Below are positions 18,404 to 33,290 of a stretch of 64,000 bases of DNA, in pieces. The notes under the pieces are model-generated. The model saw only the letters and a program-made list of their open reading frames with translations, was not told the origin of the DNA and made no database searches. Source of the DNA: Trichinella spiralis. Lineage: Eukaryota. The number at the start of each line of letters is the position of its first letter. Positions within the stretch are counted from its first letter, which is position 1. The stretch spans positions 124,001-188,000 of the forward strand of contig NW_003526941.1 in NCBI RefSeq assembly GCF_000181795.1. Reading direction: 5' to 3'. Position numbers and translations under genes: made by a program.

Positions 18404-21400
18404 TCAGAGATCTTTTTCTGAAACAGCTTTCCGCATGTTCGGCACATAGTCACGTGCCATTAGACACGCAAACACTGTCATAACCATTTTAGGTTTACAC
18501 TCAACTATATCTTCAGGGAGGGCATATATTTTGGCGCCTATTTTTCTTGCTGTAGAAATGGCATATTTCGCGTTGTCCATTTTTTCCTAAAATACGCACA
18601 CAAAAATTATTCAAATGAATTCAAGTATACAACAACTGATAAATAATAATACTTCAAAAGTAACACCGGATTTAATCAAGTCGTACTGAATGACACCTGG
18701 TTGGATAGCATCTATTAAATCAATGACCACTTTTGCGTCACTAATTTTGGAATCTTGAAAACCAGAAATGGACAACGTTTTTCCACTTTCTTTCAAACGA
18801 TTATTGACCCAATCCAAAATTTCCTTGTCCGTTGCTAGTGAACCAGACTGAGTGCAGTTTGCCAATATTGTCAACGTATAAGCTCGCATTAATTGCCAAA
18901 TCAGAGCTATTTGAAACAACAGAAACACAATATTAACATTAAGAAACATTATTATTACAAAAAACAACAAAACCAAGCAAATTCAATTATATATATATAT
19001 ATATATACCAAGAGATAAAGTCCTGTTTCCATCGTAAATATCTTTGCCTTGAATTCCCACCAAAGAGAAACGTAATCGCTTTCCCAGGTCAACAGCATAA
19101 TTGCAGTTCTGTATTTGATTCATCATTCTATCCATTTTTGTAAACTTTTTAACCACACGCTTCCAATCGACAAGCCCCGGCTCGATGACATCATAAAGCT
19201 GAAAAATGCACCATCATTTTGTTAAATGAAAACGAAAAAAAACAGAAAAAGATGTTTTCAAAAGAAAAATTGAAATACTTGAAAAATAATTAAACCACTA
19301 CATAAATCAGAATAAAGCCAGTTCACAGTTGGTGAAACGCCAACAGAATTCATCCAATTTCGATAAGTTCTTTCTTCACGAGTTTCTTCCAAAATTTCTT
19401 CAATATTATCTGAAACAAAATGGACAATTCGCATTTTTAAAAAAATTAAAAATTTTTTTTTACAATTCATACCAAGTTCTTCTTCGCCTGGAGGTTTCAG
19501 ACCAGGCCATGTATTGAACAAATTAGCAACAAATGCCAAATTCAACTTGTAAACTCCATTGATGACATCTTGGGCAGTAACGAAAGCTCGACAATCCAGC
19601 TTGTCAGCTTCTCGAAGCATAGATTCAGCACGTTCCAAATCACTATTCTAAAGCAACAACATAACCAACCACCATAAATGGCGTTGTAAGCAAGCATAAA
19701 ATGAAATAACTACTTGAATTCTCAGAGGATCTAAAGTGACATTTCTATCAGGCGGTGCAATCTGCTTCAGCAGATGCGTGTATATAAAAGAGTCTTGAAC
19801 ATCTGTCGTAAAATTGTTCAACTTTCTAGAAACACCAGCTTGCTGAAGATGATAATTCACCCAACGCATCAAAATCTGTTCCGGTGAAAGACGCTGCAGA
19901 TCGTTCAAATTCTCCCCTTCATCAAGCAGTCGAAACAGTCCTGGCACATGAACCAAATCAATCTGACTGAACAACCCTGTAGTAATAATAAAATAAATGA
20001 AATTTATAAAATGACTACAAAAAAAATAATAAAAATAAGAAAACAGATAGCCTGCCTATTCGAATAATTTGCCACAGCAAACCAAGAACCAAATGAGGTT
20101 TGCCTTTGGCTAAATCATCTGCGTCGATGTTGACGATATTGCAACCAATTGCACGAGCAGAATTAACAGCCAATGTGAGATTTTCTCGTTTCGTATATGT
20201 ATTTAAATTTTTTCTGTTAATCGCACGCTCATCAATAGTTTCTGGAACTGCCAAATTAATCAACTTGCTAAACAAAAAACAGGGAAATTAAATTTGAAAA
20301 AAAGTACTCAACAATTACATTTAACATACCATATGATTAAACCGTCCACCATTTTCTGATACAAATCGTCTCCGGATTTGGTCAACGGAAGCAAATGTAT
20401 AAGATCTCGATCGGATGATAAATTTCTGCAATTGCCATTGCAATTGATTTATTTAATTTAATTTAATTTAATGCAGTAAATTTCTTACGAATTTATCCAG
20501 TCTGAAAAAGCGACTTGCTCCTCGATTCGCACACTATGATATATTCCTTGCTCTTGACTAGCTTCAGAAAGTCCTCCAAGCACGTGCACATTTTCCGCTT
20601 TTTGAATACGCTTTTTGAATTTTGGATCCGCTGCTTCTTTAAGTTTCGCAAAAAGCTGCAAAACAAAGCACAACGAATAAAATTATTATTCTGTTTCAAA
20701 TGTAGTAGTAGTTGTTGTTGTTGTTGTAATTTCTTTTTTCTCTACCTGGGCAAATTCGATCACTGACAAGGATGCATCGGTACTGTAATTTGGAAAATGT
20801 TCTCTGATAAGATCTCGCACTTGATATGATGGAAGTTTCAAACCAACAGCTTCGAAGGCACGCTGCAATTCTGAAAGCTGGATCGCACCATCACCGTTGA
20901 TATCAATCTATTATTAATAATTACAATTTACATGATTGCAATTTCATTAGCGAATAGTTTGGAGAAAAAATATATTTGATTCTTGATTTGAAACGCATAA
21001 AATATTGCAAACGTCCGCCCCTTCTAAGAATAGAAAAATTGAAACTAGTCAAGAGAAAAGAAAACAATTTTCACAACAGTTCAAATGTTATGCAACGTGC
21101 AAACACGTGAGTCAGCAGTAAGCGGAAGTCAGTAGGATGATTCACACAACAGGGCATATGGAAAAAAGAACAATCGTTTGACATATGCTGCACATTGATG
21201 CAAGAACGACAATGAAACAATCAGAGTACAATCAGACTCAAGGTTATTAGAATGCAATATAGATTTTTATCAATTCCAAATAAAAAAGAGCCAAGCAAGC
21301 AGTTAAATAATAAAATATATAATATTACACGAAATGCTCACGTTAAAATTACTTTTGTTAAAAATAAAGTAATGCAATTGTGTATTATTATTATTATTAT

Positions 21401-22369
21401 TATTATTATGAAATAAGATTGCATTAAATGAATGGAAAAATAAAATAAACTCTCAAATATGCAGTGAGAAAACAAAGAGAAATCAATTTAAGAATGCAAT
21501 GCAAGTTTGGTCAAGTGTCAGTGATGCTCATTTCAATAAAGCTCATGCAAAGTTGGTTAATAAAGCAATATTTAAAGAAACCTGAGCTGCACAGCAAAAA
21601 CCTGCATTGCATTACTTCATACAGATAGATAGACAGACAGTCGGTGATTTGGTTCACCAACGAGGCAAAACGAAAATGATACGCTTCTTCATTTTGTCAA
21701 TTGCAAAATCATTGGGGCCAAGCAATGGCGACATGGTGCATAAAATGAGTAAGGAAAAAATCAATTTTCCCCACAGAAAAGTGCAAAAGTTGAGCACTTG
21801 AACAGTGCTGTCCTGTTGATTTTGGTGAACATAAATCGAAAATGTAAACAACGAAGCGCGTGATTCGTTCAATTGAAAGTTGAGAAGAGTGACCTAGCGT
21901 AAACAGAATTTTTATCGTCACTGCGCGTGTAGACTAGCAACATGTTTTTAACAAGCAAGTGTAAAAAAGCTTTCCACAGCTTTCAATTTGCTACAAAGAA
22001 AGTATGAAGAAAAAAAAGCTCAACTCAACGGAAGAATTTAAATAAAAAAAGCAAAGCATAGCAAAACAAAAAACAGAAAATACAATGCATGCAATAAAAA
22101 TAAAACAATATTCAATCTACAATAACAACACGATGACAAGCATATTTCCATTTCCGTTTGATCAAAAAAAATTAAAAAATATTATTTATGGAAAAAATAG
22201 AATATTATAAAACATAATATAATATAATATCGTCAATTAACTAAGCATAGGCGTGACCAAATAGAAGAATAAGAGAATTTACCGTCTCGAAACTGTTGCT
22301 CAATTCCGTCAGTTGCTCTTCTGTAAGACCGAGTGATTGAGAAAGTCTTCTATCGCAATCGGCAGGCAT
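18404..22369 (-). CDS. plst-1: Plastin/fimbrin (EF-hands plus four CH domains), multi-exon
   Basis: EF-hand [73 protein letters not shown] and [12 protein letters not shown]. First exon 22283-22369. Confidence 0.95.
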
Positions 22370-25300
22370 TGAAATTGAATTTCAATATTTATGGTAAAAT
22401 CAGACCAGCAAAACAAAAGTTGATATTAAAAATGAGAACAAAATTCGCGAAGAAAATTCCCACAAAACAAACGCAGACAACGTTGTCAAAAGCGAAATGC
22501 AACTAACAATTGTCGACTGTTGAAGACGCAAAGCGGCTGTTCTGTTCAATTGACGACCTCGAAGACTAACGACAATCAACCCCGACCACAGCCACTGGTA
22601 AAAGTTGACACGCGCGCGCCTCCTGTTGGACAATAGGAAAAACTGATGATTAGGTAATTGCACTCATGACTCATCACCTACAGTATACAGTAGATGAAAT
22701 TAATGCGTAGGCATATGACTTTGATGATGATTCAATGATGATTAACAAATCAAACGTTCTGTTTACATATTTTATTAAGAATTCGCCATTCTACTTGGCA
22801 ATTTTATTGAAAAACTTCCCCACTTTTGGCACTGCACTACAGTCTACTACAGTTGCAGTCATCAATCTTCTTAAGTTACATAATGACAAACACAACATGA
22901 AATGACACAAATCGAAGTCAATTTATTTTGTTTATTCTTCAAATAAACAACTCCACTAAACTGAACTATACTAAAACATGTCTGTGTGAACAACATCATA
23001 TTGTAAATCAATACATAAATTACAAAATTGATCATATACTGTTAATAAAACTTTAAATAAAAATCAGATGATTAACAAAAGCGAATTTCAAACTAGCTCA
23101 AAACTCAATTTTAGCAAAATTCAGATTATAAATAAATCTGAAAGATTTTCACAACAGTAGAAAAATAAGAAAATTGTTTAATAGAAATTTTGCAAAAATT
23201 ACAATTATATAATCAATAATTTCAATTATTTCATTAAATAAAAACTGATAGTTAGTTATTTTTGTAAATCATTCGTAATCCCCTCAATGGTGTTTATTTT
23301 AAAAGACAGATATTTTTTCATTTAGTACGCATTTTAATGAGATAAAATTTAGAATTTCTTTTTTATCATTGAAAGTCAATTCACAACTGTAAAACTACAG
23401 AGAATTGCACATGCAACGACCCATTTTGAAATTTGGCTTTCACCAACTACAAGATATGATTTTCAAGTACATACTTTCAATTACACTAAATGTTAAAATT
23501 ACAAATTAATTTGTTACATATTTGAATAACTGGTATTAATTTGAACAAAATAAATATGGTTTATTTTAGGAAATTATTATTCTGTTTTTATTTTTAAAAT
23601 TGAAACAACTGAAAATTCATATCAAATATAGAAACTGTTCATTAAATAAAAGAATCTTAAAAATAAACTGGGGATAACAGTTGCAAGAATAAAATATTTT
23701 TTGCCAAATTAATTATATTTTATCATCATGAAAATTGTACGAAATAATAAAATAAAATATGAATGTGAATTTTAAACATCCTCAAAAATGCTGCTGTTTG
23801 TTGGTCTAGTTAATTTTTGCATACAGCATAGTCATTCAATTGTTCATTTATCTTGATCTTAAACTGCAATTTCAAAAAATTATTCACTGCAATAAAACTT
23901 ATGTATTTCCGTACTACAACACTTTAATTATTTTGGTTTATATTTAGAATTAGAAAAGATAATTATTCTTTATTAAATTCTGACGATCGCAAAGTGCAAT
24001 TAAGCTTTAGTAAAATGTATGGCACAACAATACGATTTGAATACTTAAATTTGCTGCAACAATTGAAAAATCTTTTCAATCAGGTCTGCAAACCGAATAC
24101 ACATATGTTGAATGCAAATATTATTTTTGACATAAATGGACAAGAGGATACGAGAAAGATGTAGAGATGCTTTTCTACATTTGTGAACAACCGTGCACTT
24201 ATGTATATGCATATTAGTGTCACAGAGATTATTATTAAATTGTCAGTGCATATTTTACATAAAAATGGTAATTTCTTTCTATGCGTATTAATCAAATGTT
24301 AGTCAATAAAAATATCCGTGTTTTTCATTAATTTAGAAATATCTTTAACTTCATATCTGACTTATTCCATATTGTTTTTGTATGCTTTTTTAAAATAACA
24401 TTGAACAATGTGAACAAGGTATAATTTATTTCAAACTCTCACAGATGAAATTTCTATTTGTAATGTAGAAAGAAGTTAATGATGGAAACAAATTTGTTGA
24501 AAGTTTAACAATATAATACTGCGTGCGAACTGCCCTCTAATTGTATTTAGTAGAATCTACTAACAAATGTTGACTTTATTTATTTATACAATTTTAATGA
24601 TAATATGGATTGAAAGCAATAATGAATTGGAAACGTAACTCGGTTAAGAATATCGAACAAAAATTTTGAGTGAATAAAACATAGAAATCAAATAAATTAT
24701 TTTAAAATGAATATAAAACTACTGTGCAGATGAAATTTAAAAAATTGAAAATTAACATTTAAAGTTCAGATTTACAATAGCTAACCGGGTAAAAGTCAAT
24801 TCGGTACCAACAACAGCCTTTTGGAAATAATATGTTAATTGCGGTGAAAAATTTTTTGCCAGTTTATGACCTCAAACGACCCTCCAATATCTAAACAGAT
24901 GCAATGCTAAATGCTGTTCAGTAAATGCTGAAACGACCAATTTCCACTAATTAATGTCAACTCATAATAATAAATCAAAATTGCATGTTTCTGTAATATT
25001 GCATGCAAGTTTCAGATAAAAAAAATAAATTTAAAAAATTCTAATAATAGTTTAATTGCAAATAAAGTAAGATGGATGGATCGGCTTTAGCATTAAAAAA
25101 AGTCGCAATCAAGGGCGTAATAAGTTTAAACAGGTCAGTTGGTAAAACAAAATGATCGAATGAACTTAAAATTTGACCCAAATTTTAATCATCGCATGCA
25201 GGGAAAGAGAGAGAGAGACGGAGAAAAAGAAAGAGATGAAAGGTAAAGGTATGCTAAGTGTGCAACAAATAACAATGTCATGCATTGAGACATGAGAAAT

Positions 25301-25597
25301 ACAATGGCGCTAAAATTGAAGGTCACTGTCAAGAAGGCAACAACGCGACAGCCATTGCAAGCGATTTGGTCAAAAATTTTAGCGCTATAGGTCTCGTCTT
25401 TTTGACCCAAAAACCTGAACTCTGTCTTTCTTAAAGCTTACCGTTCAGTGTAAGCATCACATTTTCCACTTTGCAAGTGAAGTGCAAAAATACAAATTTC
25501 ACATCTCACGCGGACTGTTCATCCAACTTCAAGTACAAAGAAGTTAAGCCCAGTTCAATTTTAATTCCTCATTTTTACCTCTTTCATCAACATCACC

Positions 25598-26097
25598 ATG
25601 CTGACCACACTCCTCACTTTGGCAAGTCTTTATTCGGCAAAATTAAGTCAGTATCCGCATGAAATGTTTCCGGATGTTACTGAAAATTTGCATCGACGAT
25701 TGGATGAAATTTTTGCAAAACCATTCGATTTCGTCATTGGTAATTTTTTCTAAAAATAATCTCATCACTAAATAATCATGCAAGTAAAATATATAGTCGG
25801 CTCTGGCTATTCTGGCAGTCTTTTGGCACGTCGACTAGCGGCTGGTGGATGTGAAAGAGTTTTAGTCATAGAAGCCGGCGGAAGTCCTCACTTTGACTCG
25901 GCTGTACCATTTGTAAATTTGGGCAACAAATCCAACGTCGAATGGAACTATCTTACTACTGCACAAAAGAAAGCCGCCCAAGAAATGATAAATCAGGTGA
26001 ACATAATTTCTTTAAAAATTCCATTTCTCTTCTTCAAGATTTTCAATTTCTCAGTACATGTTGTTAAAGCAATACATTGACATTTATACATGCATAC

Positions 26098-26128
<31 letters not shown>

Positions 26129-26129
26129 G

Positions 26130-26187
<58 letters not shown>

Positions 26188-26409
26188 TGTACTGAGAAAT
26201 TGAAAATCTTGAAGAAAGAGAAATGGAATTTTTTAAAGAAATTATGTTCACCTGATTTATCATTTCTTGGGCGGCTTTTTTTTTGTGCAGTAGTAAGATA
26301 GTTCCATTCAGACGTTGGATTTGTTGCCCAAATTTTACAAATGGTACAGGCCGAGTCAAAGTGAGGACTTCCGCCGGGTTCTATGACTAAAACTCTTTCN
26401 NNNNNNNNN

Positions 26410-26466
<57 letters not shown>

Positions 26467-28558
26467 TATATACATATATATGTATGTGCATATTATAAAA
26501 ATTCCCATATGATCTTGTTATCTGTGCACATTTATATTATTAATGTAATTTGGCTTCAGAAAGTTCATCTTCACGTTGCCAAAGCACTGGGTGGAAGAAG
26601 CATTCTTAGTTCTGGGGCTTATGTACCAGCTAACCCAGATGACTTTATTCGATGGGCAGAAAGCACCGGATTTACTGACTGGTCAGACATTGATCGTTAC
26701 ATGTTCAAATTGTCCAACATAGACGAGACTGATTTGGCCAAATCTCCAATTACAGAAAAGCAGCTAATGAATATAATATTCAATGATAGCGGTATGCAAG
26801 TGTTAGATCCACTGAAACTACTCTGGCTGCACGCTGGCCGTGCAAGCAATCATACTGTTGCTGAAAACGAAAGCGAACTCTTTGAAAAGGGTGGATTCTT
26901 CATTCCAAGAAGTGAAATCAACTTTTTGAATAAGTTTCTCAATCACTGACTAAGCATAACAAGACATTATTTTTCAGCCCTTTCTTTCCAAGGAACTAAG
27001 TTAAATCCAGCTGCAGTTTATCTTGGACGTGCAAAGCAGAACTTGGTGGTTGTTTGCCACACAGAAGCAATAAAGGTGAGCTGAATGAAAATTGCTAACT
27101 TAAAATTTTCACTTGCTAAATAAAATCGATCGCTATTCGCATTAGCTGACACAACGAACTGGACAGTCATTTGCTATAAGTGGTATTCAAGTTCGTGATA
27201 TGCTTTCCGGTAGACTTTACAATGTTCGAGTGCGTAAAGAGATCATTTTGGCTGCCGGAGCAATTGGTACTGCAAAATTATTAATACAGTCCGGTGTAGG
27301 CCCAATGGATCATCTCAAACAGTTGAAAGTGATTAAATATAAATTTCATTTTTAATTCATTTTCTGGAAAACATTTGAATTTAGATTCCAGCAATAAAAA
27401 GTTTACCGGTAGGTGTTCGTCTGTACGATCGTGTTAAAGTTAGCTTGCCGGTGAAAATAAGCAACGTAGCTATGAAAGCATTAATTGGTCAAATAGACAG
27501 CAAACAAACGCTCAAAGAATACCTCACTACTGGAAAAGGTCTCCTTGCAAACACTAGCGTCATTGGAATGGCATTCTTGGACACTGACAAATCAGGTTCA
27601 CCTGATATCATGTTAGAATTGAAACCAGCAGCGCTGACTGGTCTTAAGAGAATGATGGAGGATGAAAATTTCAAAGCAGAAGTAAGAATATTTAAATGCG
27701 AAATTTTCACATATGTTGAGCAACGAATCTTCTCAGGTAGAAAAAATACTGGACCCAAGTGGAGAGCTTCAAAACACCGTCTATTTGGACATGGTCATCA
27801 CATTATTGAAGCCGATGTCTCAAGGAACAATGTGGTTGTGGCGTCAGTCTGAAAATAACTTTGTTCCACGCATGAATCCCAGCTATCTCACCGACTATCG
27901 AGATGTGAGAAAAATGATCAAAGGTAAAAATGAGATATTGAGAAAGTACCATTATTTTTAATATTTAATTTTTTAGCTATAAAAATGGTTGAAAATATGA
28001 TGCAAACCCCCATAATGAAACAAGTTGGCGCTGTACTTTTGTATCCCAACATTCCAAAGTGTTCAGCCGCAACAATGCCAGCAAATGAATATTACATTGA
28101 ATGCCTTCTCAGGCACCTGGCCACAACAGGTGATCACTTAACCAGCACAGCGGCGCTTGGTGAAGTTGTTGACGACGAGCTGAGGTAAGTGAACTGGTAA
28201 CGGAACTCAACAGTGATAATAAACAATGAAATATTACATTCATCAGTGGAGAAGAAAATACGCTAAACACATCAGGAACAGTTTATTAGTTCTTTTATTT
28301 TATATTCGACTAGAAACTTATTTTCATATTTAATTAGGGGATAAAATTCACCACTTACTCCCAAAATATTTTATATGATTATTTGAAATTAAAATAAAAT
28401 GAAATATCTTTTTCAGAGTGAAAACTATTCGTGGTGTGCGCGTTGTTGATGAATCTGTGTTTCCTTCCACAGTGACTGGTGGTATTGGAGCTACTCTACT
28501 AGCTCTGGCAAACCGAGCTGCCGATATGATTAAAGAACAGCATGATTTGAAATGTTAA
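25598..28558 (+). CDS. Divergent GMC oxidoreductase (glucose/choline dehydrogenase fold), multi-exon
   Basis: FDFVIVGSGYSGSLLARRL..VLVIEAG (FAD binding), KEIILAAGAIGTAKLLIQSGVGP, H..ST..LG.VVDDELRV..IRGVRVVDESVFP and ANRAADMI. Confidence 0.88.
26099..26481. repeat. (TA)n microsatellite tracts flanking an inverted copy and a 10-N assembly gap (26400-26409)
   Basis: Seen directly. Confidence 0.9.
26187..26399 (-). repeat. Inverted near-identical copy of 25853-26059 (most of GMC exon 2 plus intron start)
   Basis: Reverse complement matches 25853-26059 with a few single-base indels and ends at the N gap. Confidence 0.9.
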
Positions 28559-29177
28559 AAATTTGAACAAAAAACATTGTACTATTTGTTGCTTAACTGT
28601 TGTTTGTTTATATGAGTCAAATGTGATCTGTGATGACAATTTTTTAAATAAATATGAATACTTATACAAACTATTTGTTGCAGTGTCAAAAATATTGATG
28701 ATTTTGTATAAATTATGATAATTTTGTAATAAATTAAAAAAATACTTCATAATTAATGTTTCCAAATGTACAGAAAAAGCTCAGTTATGATAGTTGAATC
28801 TGATAATTATACGTGATATGGCTAAGATGCACATTGGCATCATAAATACTGACTAATTCTTTCAGAAGTACTTTTATTCTTCAAGTAACCCTCTGTTCAA
28901 GTAACATTTATTGCAATTTTAGTTAAATTTGAACTTTTGCATATATAAAATCATTTCAGAAAAGAGCGCGTTAGTAATTCGCTAAACAGACCTAATTGTC
29001 ATCATCATTGCAAAGGTAAAAAAATACCGCAGTCTATCAGCCTATGTCATCAGTTGCCCTGCCTGAAAGAGGTAAAAAACACATTGTTCAACTTTTGATG
29101 CAAAACACTTTCTACTAAACCTTCCTTTTATGCAAGTGTTCAACAAACAATAATCAAATATAATAAAAAATTGGCAG

Positions 29178-29208
<31 letters not shown>

Positions 29209-32200
29209 CTTATATATATGTGGATTCAAATATGTATGTAAATTAATTAGTTGTATGAAGAATATATAATATGGTAGTTCTTCGCAAATGTTTTATTTTA
29301 AATTGGATAATGTTTCACATTTTTTATAACATATAAAAGCATTTTTGCAGTATTAATGCATGCAGCATTCCATTCCTTCACATGTTGAAAATTCATCTGT
29401 ATTTTTTAGTTGCTGATTGAAATTTTCAATGCCTTTACAAAGTAACAAATAGCGCATCCATATTCAAGTTATTCAAAATGTGAATTTTTTTATAACTAAA
29501 AAAATCAGAATGCAAGTACTATAGTATATAATTTTCTGATAGCCAATCTTGTCGATCTATTGTTTTGCTAAAAAGCTAGCAGATGTGCAAGCTTGTGTCA
29601 TATTTCAAAAAATAGTAGCATTTAAACGTACGTCACAGCTGACTTTTTTATTGGTAAATTTATCATGGAGAAAAAAGCCTGTAAGTGTTATTGACAACAG
29701 AAAGTTGAAAACATGCACAAAAAGAAAAATATATAAGAACTACTTTTAACGTAAGAACACAAAATGCTCGAGTAGGAACATCAATTTGCTAATTATGTCG
29801 TTAAAATCATTCCACTTGCTTTTTGTAGTAGACAGAGTTTAAAAATGATTACTAAATAAAGCATACAGTAAAAATTAACCGCATTAAAATTGTTGCAAAA
29901 ATTATCCATATTTATCTGATATGTGCATTATCCTGATAATAAATTCAAATGTATAGTAAATTCTTTCAGTTGAAAGTGAATTCGAGGTAATTAATTAGCA
30001 TCATTATCATGTTGACGAGTGAATTAAGATGAACTTTTATAAAATTTTTTTCACAACTTCCCATGCTTTTATAAAAAGTTATTTATGCAAAAAGAGGTAG
30101 ATCAATTCAGTTAATTCAAGTGATAGTTAAACAAAACGCTTTATCACATTTAAATAATACAAATAACAGAACATGCATATTATTATTATTATTAAATTAT
30201 TAAATATTTATTATTCATAAATTTTTCTGCACTAATAAATTTCATGCCTGAATTTGAGTACTACCATTGGAGTGATATATATTGCAATGCTGAACAGTTT
30301 TAAAAAATTTATTTTTTCCATATTTTTATTATGGCAAAATTTTAGAAATTTCTTTAGTGCTATCGATTGTTGTTAGGACCAAGTGACTCTCTCATTGAGA
30401 AGCAGTTCAGAAAAAATGAACACTAATAAATTAGCAAATGGTTAAGCAAAAGAAAAGACAACTTTATTGTCGTAACATTGTTCACTTGATTGCCACTATT
30501 TCATTCAATGTTGCAAAGGGTTAATTGATTTTATAATTGAATTTCTTTACTTTGTAAATACACAATGTGAAAAAATAAAATTACATTCAGACCAAATTCA
30601 AATTATAATGCGGAAACCACTAAACAATAAATACTTTTTTGGGTTCTCATGGATTAAATTATAAAAAATCATGTTTCAATCAATAAAATAAATTTTTATC
30701 AAATATTGAAAATTACAATCTAGTTAAAAAGGTGCATCACACGTGCACCTGTTTGCTCTCCTTTAAAACAATGGCTCGTTCGTTCGTGTGAACTTCTGCT
30801 TTAATGATTAGTGACCATGCAATTTGTTGTCATATTTATATTAAATTATCATAATATGATCATATCAAATCATATCATAACAGCTATTAAAATATTACCA
30901 TAATAGCGTGATCAATTAAAATTTATAATATTCAAAACAATGAAAATTAATTTTCATTAAAATTATCTGCTTTTTAATTGAGCAAATTGAAAATGAACAT
31001 ATTCACTTCTGAAATTGCGAATTGATTTCTTTCAAATTATACAAAAACATGAAGATGTTTACATGAATGAAGAGTATGAAAAGTAATGTATGAAAAGTGA
31101 GAAGAGATAAATTTGTGAATTTAACGGTTCACATTGTTGTCCGTTTCAACAAAAAATTAAAAGTTCGAGAAAATTTTCTTAGTCATGTAATAATCTGCCA
31201 TAATTTTGTCAATTGATAAGTTGAAAAAATTGCAAGTTGATAAATATTATGGGACAAAAAAAGTTAACCAACTTGTTGAATAAATCTGTATAACAGCTTG
31301 CCGGAAGATCAAAAATAACATTTGCTTACGTGCAAACAGGGACTGGCACGATCTTATCACAACAGATTATTCTTCTTGTTCTATCTGATGCAATGAAATT
31401 TTATTTGTTACTGCTAATACTTTCATATCCTTCCTGATTCATATCAGACGCATCTAACAGATGAACATGCGATAAATAAGATAAAGTATTTCAATACTAT
31501 ACAGATACTATATCCAAAATTTCTTCCCTGAATTATTTCCTAATTTCATTTGCTTTTAGTTTGAATTTTTAAGTAGATATCTTGCGGAATAAGATATTTT
31601 TACAAACTGCTTGCTATTATTATTTCAAACTTCACTTACTGTATGTATTTTGCAATTCTTAAAAATTGAAAATAATGAGAACACCTATGATATTGAAAAA
31701 AACATTTTTTAACTTTCAATCTAAGCACCATAAATGCTAGGCACAATCTTAATTTTGAAGAAAACCACTACATGCTATGACTCACGTTAAGTGACAAAAT
31801 ATCCAACTCTTAAGCAATTTAAAGTACATTCAAAAAATATCAAATCATTAATTTTTCAATTTATTCAGCACACCTCTTTGTCTCTCTAGTTTTGATGTTA
31901 CATTAAAAATATAGCGTTTTACTTAAAGCAGCAAAAATTAAACTGCGTAAAGATTTCTAATTAATATATGATTAAAATCGTGAAATCTAAAGTTCAAAAG
32001 TCTCAAAAGTTACAAATATCATCTTTCACGTGCATGTGTTTAGCTTTCTGCCTGTAAAATAAAATGACTTTAAAGTGAAAATGTAGGACTTCATTTGTTT
32101 TAAATAAAACAATAAAATAGCCTTAGCATGTTGTAAATATTATTGTTTACTAATTTGAAAGAGTTTGATACCTATGATAAAGATATCACTGTTGAATAAA

Positions 32201-33290
32201 ATGTTAATAATTTATGCAAAAGCACATAATGTATGCCACCGCATTTCAGCAGAGTTTACACATTTTGAGTTACTTAATTTTTTAATGACATTATTATATC
32301 CAGAGGTAAAGAGGTATTTTGTTCTACTAACAATTCACTGCTTATAACGTTTGTCAATCAGAAAAAAATACATGCAAATAGCATTTTTTGATTTGAGCGG
32401 AAATAAAAAATTCTCAAAAAAAGTTTGTTCATTGAACAAAGAAAGCAACCTAAACAAAAATAGAGATTTCCAGTTGCCCAATTTAAATAATTCTACTCTA
32501 TTCGTAATTCAGACACGTCCATCGACTGGTATGCTGACTGACTATGATGTATTTTTTTCTGATGCGATGCGATGGTGGCCGGAAAGCTCAATGGAATGCC
32601 TAGACAGCTCTGCCATAGTAATGGCCTTTTGCCGGCTTGGTTGCGAAAGTGTCAGGGGCAAAATGAAGCTCGTAAATTTCTCTAATAGTACCCTACGGGA
32701 CAGAGCTCATCGAACTGATAGCAAATGATGTACACAAGACGCACCCTACTAAGACAAGGCCATTTCCCATCTTCTCTACACGCTGCCTTTTTGCTAATAT
32801 TTTTATCTCATTACATCCGGCTATTATCCATATAGAAAATTGTGCCACGCCTAATAACTCATTCAACCAATGAATGCTTTTCGTTACGCTTAGCTGACCA
32901 ATCGTTGTTTTCTAATTGGTTCTTTTTGGCCAAAATTGTAGCATTGTTACATTTTTCTAAAGAAGATCACATTCATTTGCTTGTTTTACACTTCCATTTG
33001 ACATTGTTAGTTGATTCATATTATTTCTCTTCCACTTCATCTTTTCTTGTCATTTTCATATAATTTAATCAAAGTCAATTTGATATGGTCACAAACGTCG
33101 TCACTTACTTACATTCTTATAGAGTTTAGTTTTATTGATTGTTATTTTTTTGTCATTACATATATCAGGGCGGAAAGGAGTATCATTCGCCTGCGGACGT
33201 CATCGTTGAATCATTTATGCCTTATCTGTTGAATCGCGAGTTTCGCCCTAAACGCCATTTAGTCTCAACAGTGCCATTTTTACCATCATC

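Noticed and set aside
26077..26480. ORFs rich in YIYI repeats
   Set aside because: Translations of (TA)n microsatellites and the inverted duplicate.
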